Of a DNA stretch of 64,000 bases, positions 49,278 to 62,160 are shown piece by piece. Both the position numbers and the translations under genes were made by a program. The first letter of the stretch is position 1, and the number at the start of each line of letters is the position of its first letter. This DNA comes from Paraspadella gotoi (lineage: Eukaryota; Animalia; Chaetognatha): NCBI GenBank assembly GCA_051294375.1, contig CM119267.1, positions 14,377,694-14,441,693 on the forward strand, written 5' to 3'. The notes under the pieces were generated by a model. The model was given only the letters and a program-made list of their open reading frames with translations, did no database searches and was not told the origin of the DNA.

Positions 49278-49879
49278 ATGTCGAGTCCCACGTCACCGAC
49301 GGATCATTTGAGGCCCCGCATCGACGCCGGGGCGGTCGCCGAAGCCATTCGTAATGATTTGGTAGACCCTGAAGACTTGGAGAAATTTGAGCACAACTAT
49401 AATCAACACAGCGTCCGTGGAGCGGTTCCAAAACAAGTGAGCGACCAAAGCGGCGGTCACTGCTGAAATTGTGAATTTTTTTATTTCATTTCATTTCATT
49501 TCATTTTGAGGTTAAATTCGAGTACGCTTGGTGCCTCATTCGCAGTGCCCAAACAAGTGACATTCGTAAGGGGGTTGTTCTTCTTGAAGAACTATACTCT
49601 CAAGGAACAGAGGAAGAAAAACGGGAATATATTTATTACCTGGCCTTGGGACACACGAAATTAAAGGAGTATCAAAAGGCCAAGAAATTCATAGACGCCA
49701 TCCTATACAAGGAACCTAATAACACCCAAGCTCTTGAACTGAAGACCCTCGTGGACAGTAAATTGGTTAAGGATGGCCTGTTGGGAATGGCGCTTGTCGG
49801 AGGGGGCGCCCTGATGTTCGGGGCTGGGGCTATTGCTATAGGGGCCATCGCCGCTGCTGTGGCGAGCAAAAAGAAATGA
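49278..49879 (+). CDS. FIS1: Mitochondrial fission 1 protein; exons 49278-49436, 49511-49879
   Basis: EDLEKFE, KFEYAWCLIRS, DIRKGVVLLEEL, REYIYYLALG, EPNNTQALELK, KDGLLGMALVGG and a C-terminal TM helix plus KKK. Confidence 0.95.
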
Positions 49880-50076
49880 AAAGCAGCGCATGGTCGGCTC
49901 TTCATATATATCTTGTAAAGATTTGTGATATCTGTACCCTCGCTATCATTGACGACGGAGTCTTCTGTAAATTTGTTTCTATGTAAAACATGATTTTATT
50001 ACGTAAATATTGTGATTTTACCTTAGAAATTTCAGATTTTTCCCCTTGCTATGTTACCCAATAATAAATAGCTACC

Positions 50077-53000
50077 ATGGAATCGAATCAGCGTTATTCG
50101 GCCGTATCGCCGATTCACCTGCATGTCGAGGAAGAGACTCCGGTTCACGTGCACGTTGTCGGAAAAGGTACTTAATCTCGCGACATTGTAGTTTGTTCCT
50201 TGGTTTTTTAAATTTTTCGTATTCATTAATCTAGGGTCGACGTCGGTGACTGCAGCTTGTCCGTCCGTTTCGCTTCAGCGCACGACTTCAGGGGCGTCCC
50301 TTTCCTCGCGTCCCCCCAGCAGATCAAGTTTGCATCGATATAATTATAAATATAAATAATAATGTAAATCTGATTTTTTCCCTTTAATTTTTTTTCCCCA
50401 GGTCGTCCAGGCAGCAGAGCCAAAACGATCGTCCCAGCTTTCTCCTCCAAAACAAAAACAACCCCTTGGATACCACCTCCAGGAAAAGCTACAAAATCTT
50501 CTTCTATGACCAGTCTTTCTGGTAAAGCGAGACGTAACTTTGGTGAACGTAGAGATAGGCTCTACGAATAACATTCATCTTGTTTGCTTCGAAAGGTACC
50601 AAAAATGTGGTCTTCGACGGTCCCACGCATTCAGAGATTGAGGACGAGAAAACCTATGGAAAAGTTAAGAAATATGAAACCAAGATCGATAGTTTGATGA
50701 GTGAAGCTGGGGAACTGAAAAGTCAACTTGATTTGGAAAAAGTCAGGGGTCAAGCGAAAAGGTTCGTGTTTTTGTTTAGTTAATGGTTTACATACTACGT
50801 ACATGCAATTTCATTAAACCGTGCAATCTTTGTTGTAGATCGGAGGAGGAGCTTGTCGGTGCCAAAAAAGTGATTCGGGAACAAGAATTAGAAATCCGGG
50901 AGTTTCAACGGGAACTGGAGGCGTCAGCAGACGAAAACCGTAAATTGCGCGAAGGAATTCAACGTCTCAAAACTGAAGAGACCAACGCCGGCTATGAGGC
51001 ATCCCCGGATAATCTGGGCCGAGAAGGTTTGCTCAAGAAGCTTGTCGAAGTTGAAATAGATGCAGGGGAGGCCTTGACTCACCTCAACGACCTTAAAGAC
51101 TTTGTCCACCGATTGCGTGAAGACAAAAAGATGACCCCGAGCGAATCAGCCGGTTTGACCGAAAAGCGCTCTATTCTCGTTGCTAAACTAGAGGACTTTG
51201 AAACTGCTAATCGGGATTTGCGCAACTTATTGCAGTCCCAACATCAGTATGAGGTAGAGCAAGGCCAGGAAAGTGAACAGCGCCAAATGTTGTTGCGAAA
51301 GCTAACTGAAGTCGATCTCGTTTGCCAAAGACAACAGAAGCATATCGATGACAAGTCCAAGCTGCTCAACGAAGCGACAAAGGCCTTGGAGGCCGCTCAG
51401 GATCAAAATAAGGCGTTGCTCAGCCTTCAGACCTCTTTAGAGCAGACTCGAGCCCACTTACAACGCGAGGTCCACAAGAAAGAGGGAGAAATCAATCGGT
51501 TACAAGTAGCGATGAAAGCCATGGAATCAGAATTGGAAAAGAGGAAGAGAGAAGCGACTCAAGCGGTCGAGCATCTCGAATCCGCGAGGGGCAAAAATGA
51601 CGGCGAAAAGGAAGCGCTTAAAAAAGCCGCCAAAATTCAAAAGCAGCGCGCGCAAATGAGCGAGCAGACGTTAGCCACTCTTAATCAAAAGCTTCTGGAA
51701 AAGGAAGAACTAATTGCCCAACTACAGGATGAGGCTCGGGTCTCTAAGGACGAGGGCGAGATGGAACTTATGCAAAAGGAGATTCATAAATTGCGCAGTT
51801 TGCTTAAAGAGATGGAGCAACAGTTGGCAGATTCGCGGATGTCCTTTGAGAGACAAACGGACGAGTTGGCTGAAGAGATGAAGATCAGGTTGAAAGACGC
51901 TAAGGAGTTGAGAACGGAGAATGGAAGGCTGACGCAAAGCCTCAAGGAGTTCGAAGAAAAACTAACGCATGACGACGACGAAATCAGAAACCTTAGATCA
52001 AAACTGAAAAGTTACGAGGAGATGGTGGAGGAGTATCAGACTCAGGCAAAGAGAGCCAACTCGGAGTTCGAGGATGTGTCCATTCGCCTTCACCAGCAGG
52101 AAATGGAATTGTCCAAACTGCACAAGGAGGGGGAAATGGAAGTGCAGAGGGCCAAGGTAATAGAGACTTTCCGTGAGAATCGAAGTCCGGTTAATATGAT
52201 CGTTACAAAATAATACGTTTTTATCGCGCCAGACGGGCTTAGGCCTGTCTTGGGCAAGATAATCGTTTACATTTGCTTCTTTGTGACCGTTATCATTAGA
52301 AATCTACTAGGAAATTTAATTCAATAGGGGCGGGGTTCAAAACTTTAGTCTTGAAGTCTTCTTTCAGGTAAAAAAAAAATTTTAAAAAAGTTAAATAAAA
52401 AATATAACTATAACTTTAAAAAAAATTTGTTTTCTTGGTCAAAATTAAGAAAAAATAATAAAATTATCGAAATATGATAATGATGATGATGATTATTATT
52501 AAGTTTTTCATATTTTTTACCCATTTATGATCAAAATATCAAAAAAATAATTATACTTTGTATAGATAACTTTTTGCAAGCTTAAAAATTAAAAAATCTT
52601 AAAAATTTTTTTCCCTTTCCTATTTATAAATAAATATTAAAAAATATGGGGTAATATTAAAATGTTTTTGTCTATTCAAATTTTTTTAAAAATGTTTAAA
52701 TTTTCGTTTGAATAGGTGCTTACTTAATTCAAAATTCTTAACCATCTTACTGAGTTAAGCTACCCCTATTGTCGTCGTTGTCGTTACGCTTTTTTACAAT
52801 TAAAAATTATAAAAGTGTATAATCATAGGAATCTAAAAATTTAGATTTGGTTTCTCATCATCAAGATCTTTTTAATTGTCATGTTTCATATCAATACTCG
52901 GATTTGTTTGTTTTATTTATAAAATAATTATATTTATTTTTATATAAATACGCTGTCGTCGTCACGCTTATTTTTTTTATATATAAAAACTACTACGGTT

Positions 53001-56000
53001 TATATAGGGGCGGCTATGGCTTAAGATTTTTTTTTACATAAAAACTATTACAAATTACGGTTGATTTTTATAAAAGTATATTATCATAGTAAGTTAAAAA
53101 TTTAGATATAGCTTTTCATCTTTAAGATCTTTGAAATTGTAATGTTTTATATGGATTCAAGTATTTTTGTTTGAATTTCCTTTTCATTATTATTTATTTC
53201 AATATCAAAATTATAATATAGTACTAACTGCAATATGCAAATTAGTATATAATATATTTTAATTTGCATATTGCAGTAAGTTAATAAGGAAATTAATATA
53301 AAAAATCTTTAAAGTATAGTGATCTCGCCAGTTGTTACTATCAAAAAAATATAATGAAAAAATTAAAATAAACTTCAATCAAAACTATAAAAAAAATATA
53401 ACACGGACAACAACAATAATATAATAAATTATTTGGTTATTATCGTATCAATCATTTAGTTATCATCGCTTCAATCTTTTAATTATTGCATCAATATTTG
53501 GTTATCATTGTATTAATAATCAATTACTATTACATCAATCAATTATTATTATATCAATCAATTTATTATCACATCAATCTTTTTTTTCTGGATTTTTACA
53601 TTGATAGTAACGCCTGGCGAGATCACTATACTTTTAAGATTTTTATAGATGCGTCTCCAGCAACGAGTAAAAGAACTGGAGCCACTCCCAGACCTTCTCA
53701 AAGACACAGAAATCAAACTCCACGAAGCCTTGAGTCAAGTTCGAAATCTGGAGAAAGCGAACGAGGAAAAGGCGCGGGCAGTGGGCGAGATAAAAGCCTG
53801 GCTCGACCACGAGAAGCAGGGCCACGAACTCACGAGAGAGAAGCTGAGGATCGTAGAGAACGACGCCCGAGAGAATAAGTCGCTGGTGGAATCTTATCGT
53901 AGAAAGTTGCAGGTCTGCCATTTTGAATTGTCATTTTTTTATATGTGCCAACTTTCTTGAAATCGTCAAATTCAATTTTACCAGGAATCGGAGGATTCCT
54001 TGCGCAACCAATCCCTCACCTCTGCGCGTCAAAGCGATCAGCTCCGTGACGCCTCGCGGCAGTTGGAAGAAAAGACGAAAGAAAACGCGTCTCTTCTGCG
54101 TCAGTTAGAAAATGCGTTATCCGATTCGAAAAAAGCCGAGTCGGAGGCAAGGGAAAAGTTTTGCGCTCGGGAGAGAGATCATCAAAGCCAGGTTAGCTTC
54201 GCAGGGTAGTGTGCGGAAATTCGGAATTCGGAACATTTTTTAATTACATTAAAAAATTGTGTACTAAAATTTTATAATTTTTTAATGCATTTATGGCAAC
54301 AGCCGGGTTGCCTGTGATGTCCATCAGGATGGGGCATCTCTCTGTTGGATTTAGGTTTAGGGGCTACCGACCCTCAGTGACGCCTCCTGTCAAAAAACAA
54401 TTAAATTGGGGTAAAACGGAACAATTGTAAAGTAAGTGTTCTGTGTTACCTCATGTACTTTTTATAACGTGATAGTAAAAATTTACTAAGTAATAATAAC
54501 AGAACATTTGTTAAATAATTAAGTGAAAAAAAATATTATATTATTCATATTGCAGTAAAAAATATATTTTTAGCAATAAAAATATACAAAAGTTTGGAAT
54601 GGAATTTAACGCCTAAATAAGGTTAAAAAATTAGTTTGGGACAAAATTAAGATGAAATTAATATTTTAAAAAATGAATAAAAATATTTGCAAAAGGAGAT
54701 AAAATAAAATAAAATAAAATTTAAAAAGGTTGCCTCTGCTTATTACAATTATCGCATTCAGAAAAAAAACTACTTTTTCCAGTATTGTTCAGTTACTATT
54801 AACAAAATTAATTTAATTTGCACCATAATATAAATTAGGCTAAAATACGGATTGGTTAAAACCATCTCCAGCTATTTCTAATCATATAAGAGTAACATTT
54901 TTTCAACTTTTAAGAAAAAAAATCATGTCCATTTTTGTCCATTTTCACTTTCGTCTTCAAATTTGAATGCCAAGGAAAGTTGAGAAATTTTTTTTATTTT
55001 GGAATTCCTTTCTTCCTTATCTTCTTCACCCTTGAGTAAAATATTTTCCTTATATAATTCATAGTTCACTTATAAATTAATTTTAAAGTTGACAAGTCAA
55101 AAAGTTGCAGTTTTAGTTTTTATTATAATTTATTAAACAAAAATAGTTTAAATTGGCTTAAACTAACAGAAAATATACCCCACAGAATAAGCTTTTAACA
55201 CCTACAAAATTATCAAAAAAACTCTTTTCGTTTAATAATTTTGAAAGACGACAATTATTTTGTGACTTTTTGTGACTTGTTAATAAAACAAAAAAAAACC
55301 GCATCCTTTTAAACCAATGGAAAGCAGACTTGTTTTTTCTCAGAATCGACAGATTTTGCGGAAAAATTTTTCACAAAATCTGTCGATTTACTAAATCTGC
55401 TTGGAAACCAAAATTTAAATAAAATCAAGAGATACCGTAAATTTCTATTTTTATAATGCATATTAAGGAATTTCTTTGATTTGGCTTTATGTAAATATAG
55501 TGGGAGGGATCAGGAAAGGGAGAACAAGAAAAGAAGAAGGGAAGAGAATGAGAGAGAATGGGGGAAAAGCATTAAAAAAAAGGCAAAAGGGAAAAAAATA
55601 GGGAGATAAAGGAAAGGCGGAAAAAGAAAAGAGAAGGCGAGAAAAAAAGATAAGGAAAGTCAAATAGTGTCAGAGAAAGGTAGGATCGTAGAAAAAGTAA
55701 GTTATGGCATGAAAAGTAGGGGAGGAAAGAGGAAGATAAAAATAGAAACACAGAGAAGAAAAAAGATGAAGAAAAAAAATTAGAGAAACGGAATGAAAGG
55801 AAAAAAAATTGTATTAGATAATGTGGCATCTTGCCTGAAAAGTTTTGTGTAAATAAAAGCCACAAAAAATAAAAGGAGGAATTTTATCTTTAAAAGTTGT
55901 TGGTACCATAAAAATTCATTCATACTTTTATCTCAAATTAGGTAGTTAATGAGATTAGATTGATAATCTCCAAAGAAATCATGTCTTACCGTATTTTTAA

Positions 56001-57633
56001 CTCATAGAAATTTAACTGAACAGTACTTTGTAATAAAATGATATAACTATAGCAAACCGGTTTTTTAAATAAAGAAAAAACTTCATACTTATAACTGAGA
56101 TCAAATGAGATGGAAATTATTTAAGTTCAGAAATCATTATCTAAAAGACGTCGATCGTACGTGGAGCCTAAACAAAAAGGATAAATAAAAAGAATAAGAA
56201 AAATAATATTGGAAATAAAAAATGGGTGGAAAGGAAGATGGGGACGAAATGCATGGAAGGAAATTTTTTAAAAGTGAGAACATAGTATTAAAAATGATTT
56301 TACCCTCGAATATACTTTTTTAATATACATAAAACATTAATGAAAGGCTCTATGCACCTATTAATAGTGTTTTAGTTATTATTTTCTGTCATATTATAAA
56401 CAATTATATGGGTGTGAAAGATGTTGCCTCATATTTGACCGGTTGACCATAAATTTCTCGTTTTGACCGTTTGATCAATTTTCAGCTGGTTTCTTCTCAA
56501 AGTAGAGAGAAATTTCCAAATCGTTTTTTTAGTTGAATAAAAATATTCATGTAACTCTTTCGTCCACTTGGAAACTGTTTTCACGAGTTTCCGTATAAAC
56601 ATAATAAAAAATAAAGAATTAAAACTCATTTCTTGTTGTAAAATATTATGCCTCGCCTCAGTCATTTTGTCTTATTTCTTCTCTCAGCCGAACTCTTATT
56701 TTCGACCTTACATAAACTGTCCTCACGCGTTTGGCCAATACCTTTTTTGGTTATCTTTTCGATCTTTTGTCAGTTCCTGAGTCATAATTTGGTGACCCTT
56801 GAGTTAAATATTATTTTGACAATCTCTAAGTAGCATTGCCCGTCCTCAACTACAGTTCTACGGGATTTTTTGGACGTTAATACAAATAAAGTTTCTACAC
56901 CTTCAAGTCCTTCATCGCCACTTTACATTAATTGAATTCCCGCAAGATTCATAAAAGCCTACGTTAAACTTGCAAGTGACGGACGACGCCACGAACGCTA
57001 GATATCGCGAGCATGAAATAAGTTATTTCACACCTTTTTTTACTTGTCGATATCTCACGTTAAAACATCTAAAACGGGCGAAACCCGAATTACCCCAAGG
57101 TGGGGTAAAACGGAACACTTTTCAATTTCTTTAAAAATGCGGCCCCTCGGGGGGGAAACTTTCCTACATATATCACCATAATTTTTTTTCCAAAATATAT
57201 TTACTTGGCGAAAGATTTTAATCAAATCTTTCGCCAAGTAAATATATATGTTCCAAATTTCCCCGCACTACCCTATATAAAACAGCTTTTCTTGATTTTC
57301 CTGCTTAATTAATGCCATAACTATTGCATGGGTTTCTCTTATCAGATTTTACAGTTGGAAACGCAACTGAACCATTCTAAGACGGAAACGTGTCAGGTCA
57401 AACGAGAAAAAGAGGACGCCGATCGCAGACTAAACTCCAAGATCTCCGACTTGAAGGACAGGCTGGAACAAAGTTACTCTACCAATCGCTCAATGCAGAA
57501 CTACGTTCACTTCCTCAAAACTTCATACGCGAACGTGTTTGGCACGGGGACTTCGGCCACCGGAGGCATCGGATTAACCTCGGACGTTAATCTTTTAAAA
57601 AATTCTATGTCTGGAGTCGTCGGACGTCCGTGA
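50077..57633 (+). CDS. ODF2: Outer dense fiber protein 2 / cenexin (multi-exon coiled-coil)
   Basis: N-terminal PIHLHVEEETPVHVHV and TKTPPWIPPPGK, YETKIDSLMSEAGELK, LKKLVEVEIDA, and C-terminal DLKDRLEQSYSTNRSMQNYVHFLKTSYANVFG are ODF2 hallmarks. Main exons at ~50839-52156, 53650-53912, ~53985-54191 and ~57346-57633. Confidence 0.9.
54203..57274. mobile_element. Degenerate DNA transposon filling the last ODF2 intron
   Basis: Termini agggtagtgtgcggaaattcggaa / ttccaaatttccccgcactaccct are inverted. The motif ggggtaaaacggaaca occurs at ~54408 and ~57102 and in inverse at ~58367. No intact transposase seen. Confidence 0.6.
55500..55810 (+). repeat. Purine-rich (GA) low-complexity tract
   Basis: ~300 nt almost entirely A/G. 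Confidence 0.8.
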
Positions 57634-58837
57634 ATTAACTCTAGTACTAAATTAAAATTACATTCTACATTCAAATGTCTCACGACTTTCTAACTTTTAT
57701 AACCGAAAGTTTTTAAATAATGTTTATGCTGTCTCTTTCGATGTGTTATTTTTTCCACCATAATTTCATATTACTAAATTTAACTTATGGGTAAACAATT
57801 TTAGTAATTATTATACCGAATTAAATAGTTTAAATATTTTTTTAAAATTAGATGTGCTGTAATGCTTTCGTCCTGTCTTTAAAATGTTTCATATGTAGTT
57901 GTTAGAAAAAATTTTATTCCGTCCACGCTATCCTTTTATGACATTTACAAATTATTTTTTGCAAACATCTATTATTTTTTGATTATCACAATTTTTTAAA
58001 ATTCACCCTGTGCCTTAAATGTATATTTATACTTTCTAGAACCTTGACTTTTTTGTTTTTTTCTTCAATTTAGTTTCTTTGCAAGGACGGTTGAGTTGCG
58101 GATTTGCTTCTGATGTCTCCGACGGGCCTACCTGTATGCATCTGAGGGAAAACACAGGCACACGCTTACAATGGGGTGACGCTGACCAATATACAAGTAT
58201 TCTTGCACAAATCATTTATTAATACAATACACGCTGCAAAGGCGGGTCTAAATCTGGGAAATACGTTTAACTAGAAAAGTTGTATATTTAAATTATTATT
58301 TAATTCATAATAATAAAATTTATTTCTAACTAATTTGGCTGGATATTTTTTTAACACTTTACAAGTGTTCCGTTTTACCCCAATTTACTGTCTGCCATAT
58401 AAAAAAAAATTAACTTTTTTAATAATGTTCTGAATAGTAAGTAAAATTTAGTAGTCTCCTTTATCATGTATTACAATTTCATGATCATATTACGACAATT
58501 ATGACTTTGACAGAGGCTTGAAAACGACTACTCAGACGAAATTCGTCAAACCTTTTTAAAATTGTTGCTGCAGCTGCTTCAGCTAGTGGAATGCAACAAC
58601 TCTTAATATGTAAAGACAAGTTGGTGGAATATTTAATGCATCAGCAATATTTACTCAAATTACTTAATTAAATTTTTTATTTCATTTTATTTGTCAGTGT
58701 TCCGAATTACCCCGCGCTATTTTCAAAGATATATGTATAATATACAAATTACATTACAAGTATATTTTTAATGTACCTGTAAGTACCTCTTACAGAAAAA
58801 AAATATTTTCAGCAATCAATTTTGCCTCTTTAAGACA

Positions 58838-59977
58838 ATGTCGATTCACGGTTCTTTTTTCCTACTGATATTTATTTTCGCTTTGGCGAAAAGCGAAATC
58901 ACTTGTCGCGACGAAGACGGAAATCCCGTTGATTGGTTCGTCGTTTACAAATTACCTAAAATCAAACACGATCCTAACAAACTCGTCGCCGACGGGATCG
59001 GGTATTTTTACATGGATTCGTTGAGGCCCGAAATGTTCCTATCGAACCGAAATTTGTCGGAAAAGAATAACTGCATTGCTCGCACGCTTCGGTCGGTTTA
59101 CGAAGCTTCGTCGGACGTTGGTTATATTTTGTACAACGATCAAATTCCAGGCGGAAACTATTCCCTAGTTTACGGTCACACAAAAGGCGATTTGGCCTTG
59201 GATAAAAAATCCGGTTGGTGGCTAATCCACAGTCTTCCGCATTTTCCTCCCGTTGCCGTCGAGGGTTATAGTTTGCCTCACAATGCCAAATACTACGGTC
59301 AGACCTTCCTGTGCCTTACCTTAGACGTAGATCAGTACACTACCGTTGGGCAACACCTATTTTATTCATACCCCTGGGCGTATGACTATCGACTTCCCAC
59401 TTGGATGAAGTCTCGTTTCCCGGATTTACTTGCCGTCGCCCAGAAGAAACACGTTGGAAGTCCACCCTACTATCATGTGGGAAAGCTCTCGACACGCGAC
59501 GGTCTCAATTTTCACACATTCGCCAAATCTTCAAAGTGGGGTAAGGACATATACCACGATTTGGTGGCGCCAACGCTTGGAGTTCCCCTTAAAGTAGAGA
59601 CTTGGCGTCACGACCGAAACAAATTGCCGTCAAACTGCTCCGACCCTTATCCGGTTTACAACGTACATAAGATCGACTTCAACGTTCGTCCCGATATCAG
59701 CTTCACATTCGAGAAGGATCACTCGAAATGGGCAATAACCGCCGAATCGCACTTCGCATCGAGGGCGAATCAATCAGCAATCGCTAATCCTTATTCGTGG
59801 CGTACCGATTTCCGTAACTGGCCAACGGAAACAAACTATGAACCTTGGACGTGCATAGGAGGAATAAACAGAGAAGCTTCGCAATTTCGTAGGGGAGGTG
59901 GCACGGCCTGCACGGATTCTCATCCGATCTGGACGGAGTTCAACAGGATAGTGGCAAAAACCGAAGGTTGCCACTAA
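58838..59977 (+). CDS. DNASE2: Deoxyribonuclease II (plancitoxin-like), single exon, secreted/lysosomal
   Basis: Signal peptide, CRDEDGNPVDWFVVYKLP, LYNDQ, GHTKG, WLIHSLPHFPP, YGQTFLCL, DHSKWA and WTCIGGINREASQFRRGGGTAC. Confidence 0.95.
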   Translation: MSIHGSFFLLIFIFALAKSEITCRDEDGNPVDWFVVYKLPKIKHDPNKLVADGIGYFYMDSLRPEMFLSNRNLSEKNNCIARTLRSVYEASSDVGYILYNDQIPGGNYSLVYGHTKGDLALDKKSGWWLIHSLPHFPPVAVEGYSLPHNAKYYGQTFLCLTLDVDQYTTVGQHLFYSYPWAYDYRLPTWMKSRFPDLLAVAQKKHVGSPPYYHVGKLSTRDGLNFHTFAKSSKWGKDIYHDLVAPTLGVPLKVETWRHDRNKLPSNCSDPYPVYNVHKIDFNVRPDISFTFEKDHSKWAITAESHFASRANQSAIANPYSWRTDFRNWPTETNYEPWTCIGGINREASQFRRGGGTACTDSHPIWTEFNRIVAKTEGCH

Positions 59978-60279
59978 GCATATGTGATCTCTCTTTGTTG
60001 GTGTGTTAATCATTTTTTAGACTCGTTGCTGTACTTTTAATTCAGTATCGAGGCGCGTTCTCATGCCAAAAAAGATTGATTGCTCTCAAATCAATAACTG
60101 AAACTTTTAGTAACTTTCAATTTCTGAGATTGTTTTCACAAGACCGCAGAACAAAAATCGTTATACGTTTTAAATAATTCATGACGCATAATAGTTAATA
60201 GACAATTTCTAAAGGAACCAACCTCAATCCTTTTTTTTTATTCTAAACATGGCTATTTTGCGTAATTTATATATTTTTA

Positions 60280-60830
60280 TCGCAGATTCCGACTTTATAA
60301 TTCACTTTATCGGTCCACCCCCACAATCTTGTCGGTCATTCACTTAGAACATGTCAGAACATTAAATTATGATAAATTATGCAAAAAAAATGTCTGTCCG
60401 TCCCCCCTTAGCCTTATACTCCAATTACTCGTGATTGGATGGATGGATTGGAATGAAATTTTGTGTGTGGGTAGGAAAGTGTATGATAATAATAATAGTT
60501 AAAAAAATTATTTGTACTTTATTTGTAATTATTTCTACCATAGTAACAGTTCAGTTTAATCACTTGCAAGCGATTTACATGTATTGATTTATCGTGATTT
60601 ATCATCTGATTAGCTGATTACCGCTTAATTATCGTTGGCAGATCCGACATTGTTAGCTCAACTTGTTTTATTATCTTCGGACTCAATGAACTTACAACAG
60701 AAAAAATACTCATAATTTTTATCAAATATCGGAATTTTCTACTGGCAGACGGTTTTTAGTTGCTCTTCGAGTACTCGCGGAGCAAATCTATAAGTCACTT
60801 GTCGGTCGGTCGGTCGGTCGGTATGTCTCT
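60280..60830 (-). mobile_element. Interspersed repeat fragments, same family as 28060-28920 (HINE-like)
   Basis: Inverse matches to the 28.1-28.9 kb blocks; nearby ttttagttgc..ctataagtcacttgtcggtcggtcggtcgg is a typical Helentron-type end. Confidence 0.5.
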
Positions 60831-61416
60831 CCTTCGGTCTGTCCTACTTACATTAAAATGCATATAATTTATTTATAATTGGTTGCTCTTTTGTTAAGAC
60901 AGAAAAAAACTAAAATCTAAAGGACTTCTAGCGCCGCCTTCAGGAAATCCTAAAACTAAAAAGAAAAAAAAAGACTGAATTTTGATGCAGTGCATGTCAT
61001 AAATATACCGGCTAAGAAAGTTATGTCTCATGTTATGTCAGGTCATGTCATGTCACAAAAAATACACGTAATAAGGCAGTTACTGCGGCGCAACACATTT
61101 GAATTACCGTTCTGTTTTGTTTTTTTTTTGTTTTTTTTTGTTCCTTTCTTTTAGCTTTGGGTCTTGAATGTTTATTTTTTAATGGCGTAGTAAAATTCAA
61201 ACTAGAAAGAGGAATTTTTACTCTTTGATTATTGATTTACTGTAATTGTTTTAACTCCATCATTGTTTTTTTACAACATAATCATGAGATATAAAAATTG
61301 TGTTTGGTAATTCATTATTGTAAAATTCTCCTATAATTAAATTATGACTTTGATTTTGAAGTTATATTTACATCTGATATCTTTGAAACTTTTCACTTAT
61401 TTCAGAAGTATAAAAG

Positions 61417-62029
61417 ATGGCGGAAAGAGAAGAGGATCCCGATCTATTTCATGATTTAAACATGTGTCTTGGTAAGCTGCTCTGATTTCAGTTTTGCCTG
61501 TCCATGCGAGGTTTCCCTTAAATGTAATTTAATTTAACTTAATCGGCCAGAAAAAAATCGGTTAGCGTCATTCTCTGACTGGGTGTTCGACCAGATAGAG
61601 CCTGCGGCCCAATGTACCTCGGTCGCAATGGCCTCGGCGGGATGGTATCGACCAAACCAATTGAAGGAACCGGATTTAGCCAGGTTTCGACGTCGCCTCG
61701 TCAGTCCTAAATTATTTGAGCTTGACGATAAGTTTTTTTTTTAAATAATCTTACATATCGACTACTACTTTAGGTGTTTCGTTTGCTACAAAGAACTTGA
61801 CGGATGGGAGTCGACGGACGATCCTCTCAAAGAGCACAAGTCGCACTCGAAAAAATGTGCCTTTCTTAAGTTGAGAAATCGACAAAACTTGACAGTCCGA
61901 GAATTTCTTGACCTTTACAAGGTCAGTCAGGTCAACAAGATCGAGATGCAAAACGCTCAAGCCATTGAAGATTTCAAGGCCAGGGCTGCTCAAGTACGCT
62001 CGGAAATGCAGAAAATCGTCGAGAAGTAG
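61417..62029 (+). CDS. BIRC5: Survivin (single BIR domain + coiled coil); exons 61417-61471, 61551-61683, 61774-62029
   Basis: The spliced translation has [57 protein letters not shown]. It is absent from the ORF track because it is split by introns. Confidence 0.92.
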
Positions 62030-62114
62030 CTTTTTTACCTTCAGTTCTATTTGTAGACATTGTGTAATCCTTTCGTTTTCGTTGTAGTAATGTTTTGCGG
62101 AAAAGATTTGGATT

Positions 62115-62160
62115 TTGACAACGATTTTTCGGCTTTAGATATTCAAGCCTTCATCAGCAT
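62115..62160 (-). ncRNA. Hammerhead variant with compensatory stem II, lacking stem III and the cleavage site
   Basis: Minus: aug-CUGAUGA-A-GGCUU-gaauaucua-AAGCC-GAAA-aaucguuguc; the tail aaatcgttgt matches the tails at ~38147 and ~45259. Confidence 0.55.

Noticed and set aside
54298-54390. GC-rich island with CUGAUGG on the minus strand as another ribozyme
   Set aside because: The core deviates and no stem II + GAAA follows; more likely a SINE fragment.
55572-55865. Phe/Ser/Leu-rich membrane-like ORF
   Set aside because: Translation of the complement of a GA-rich low-complexity tract.
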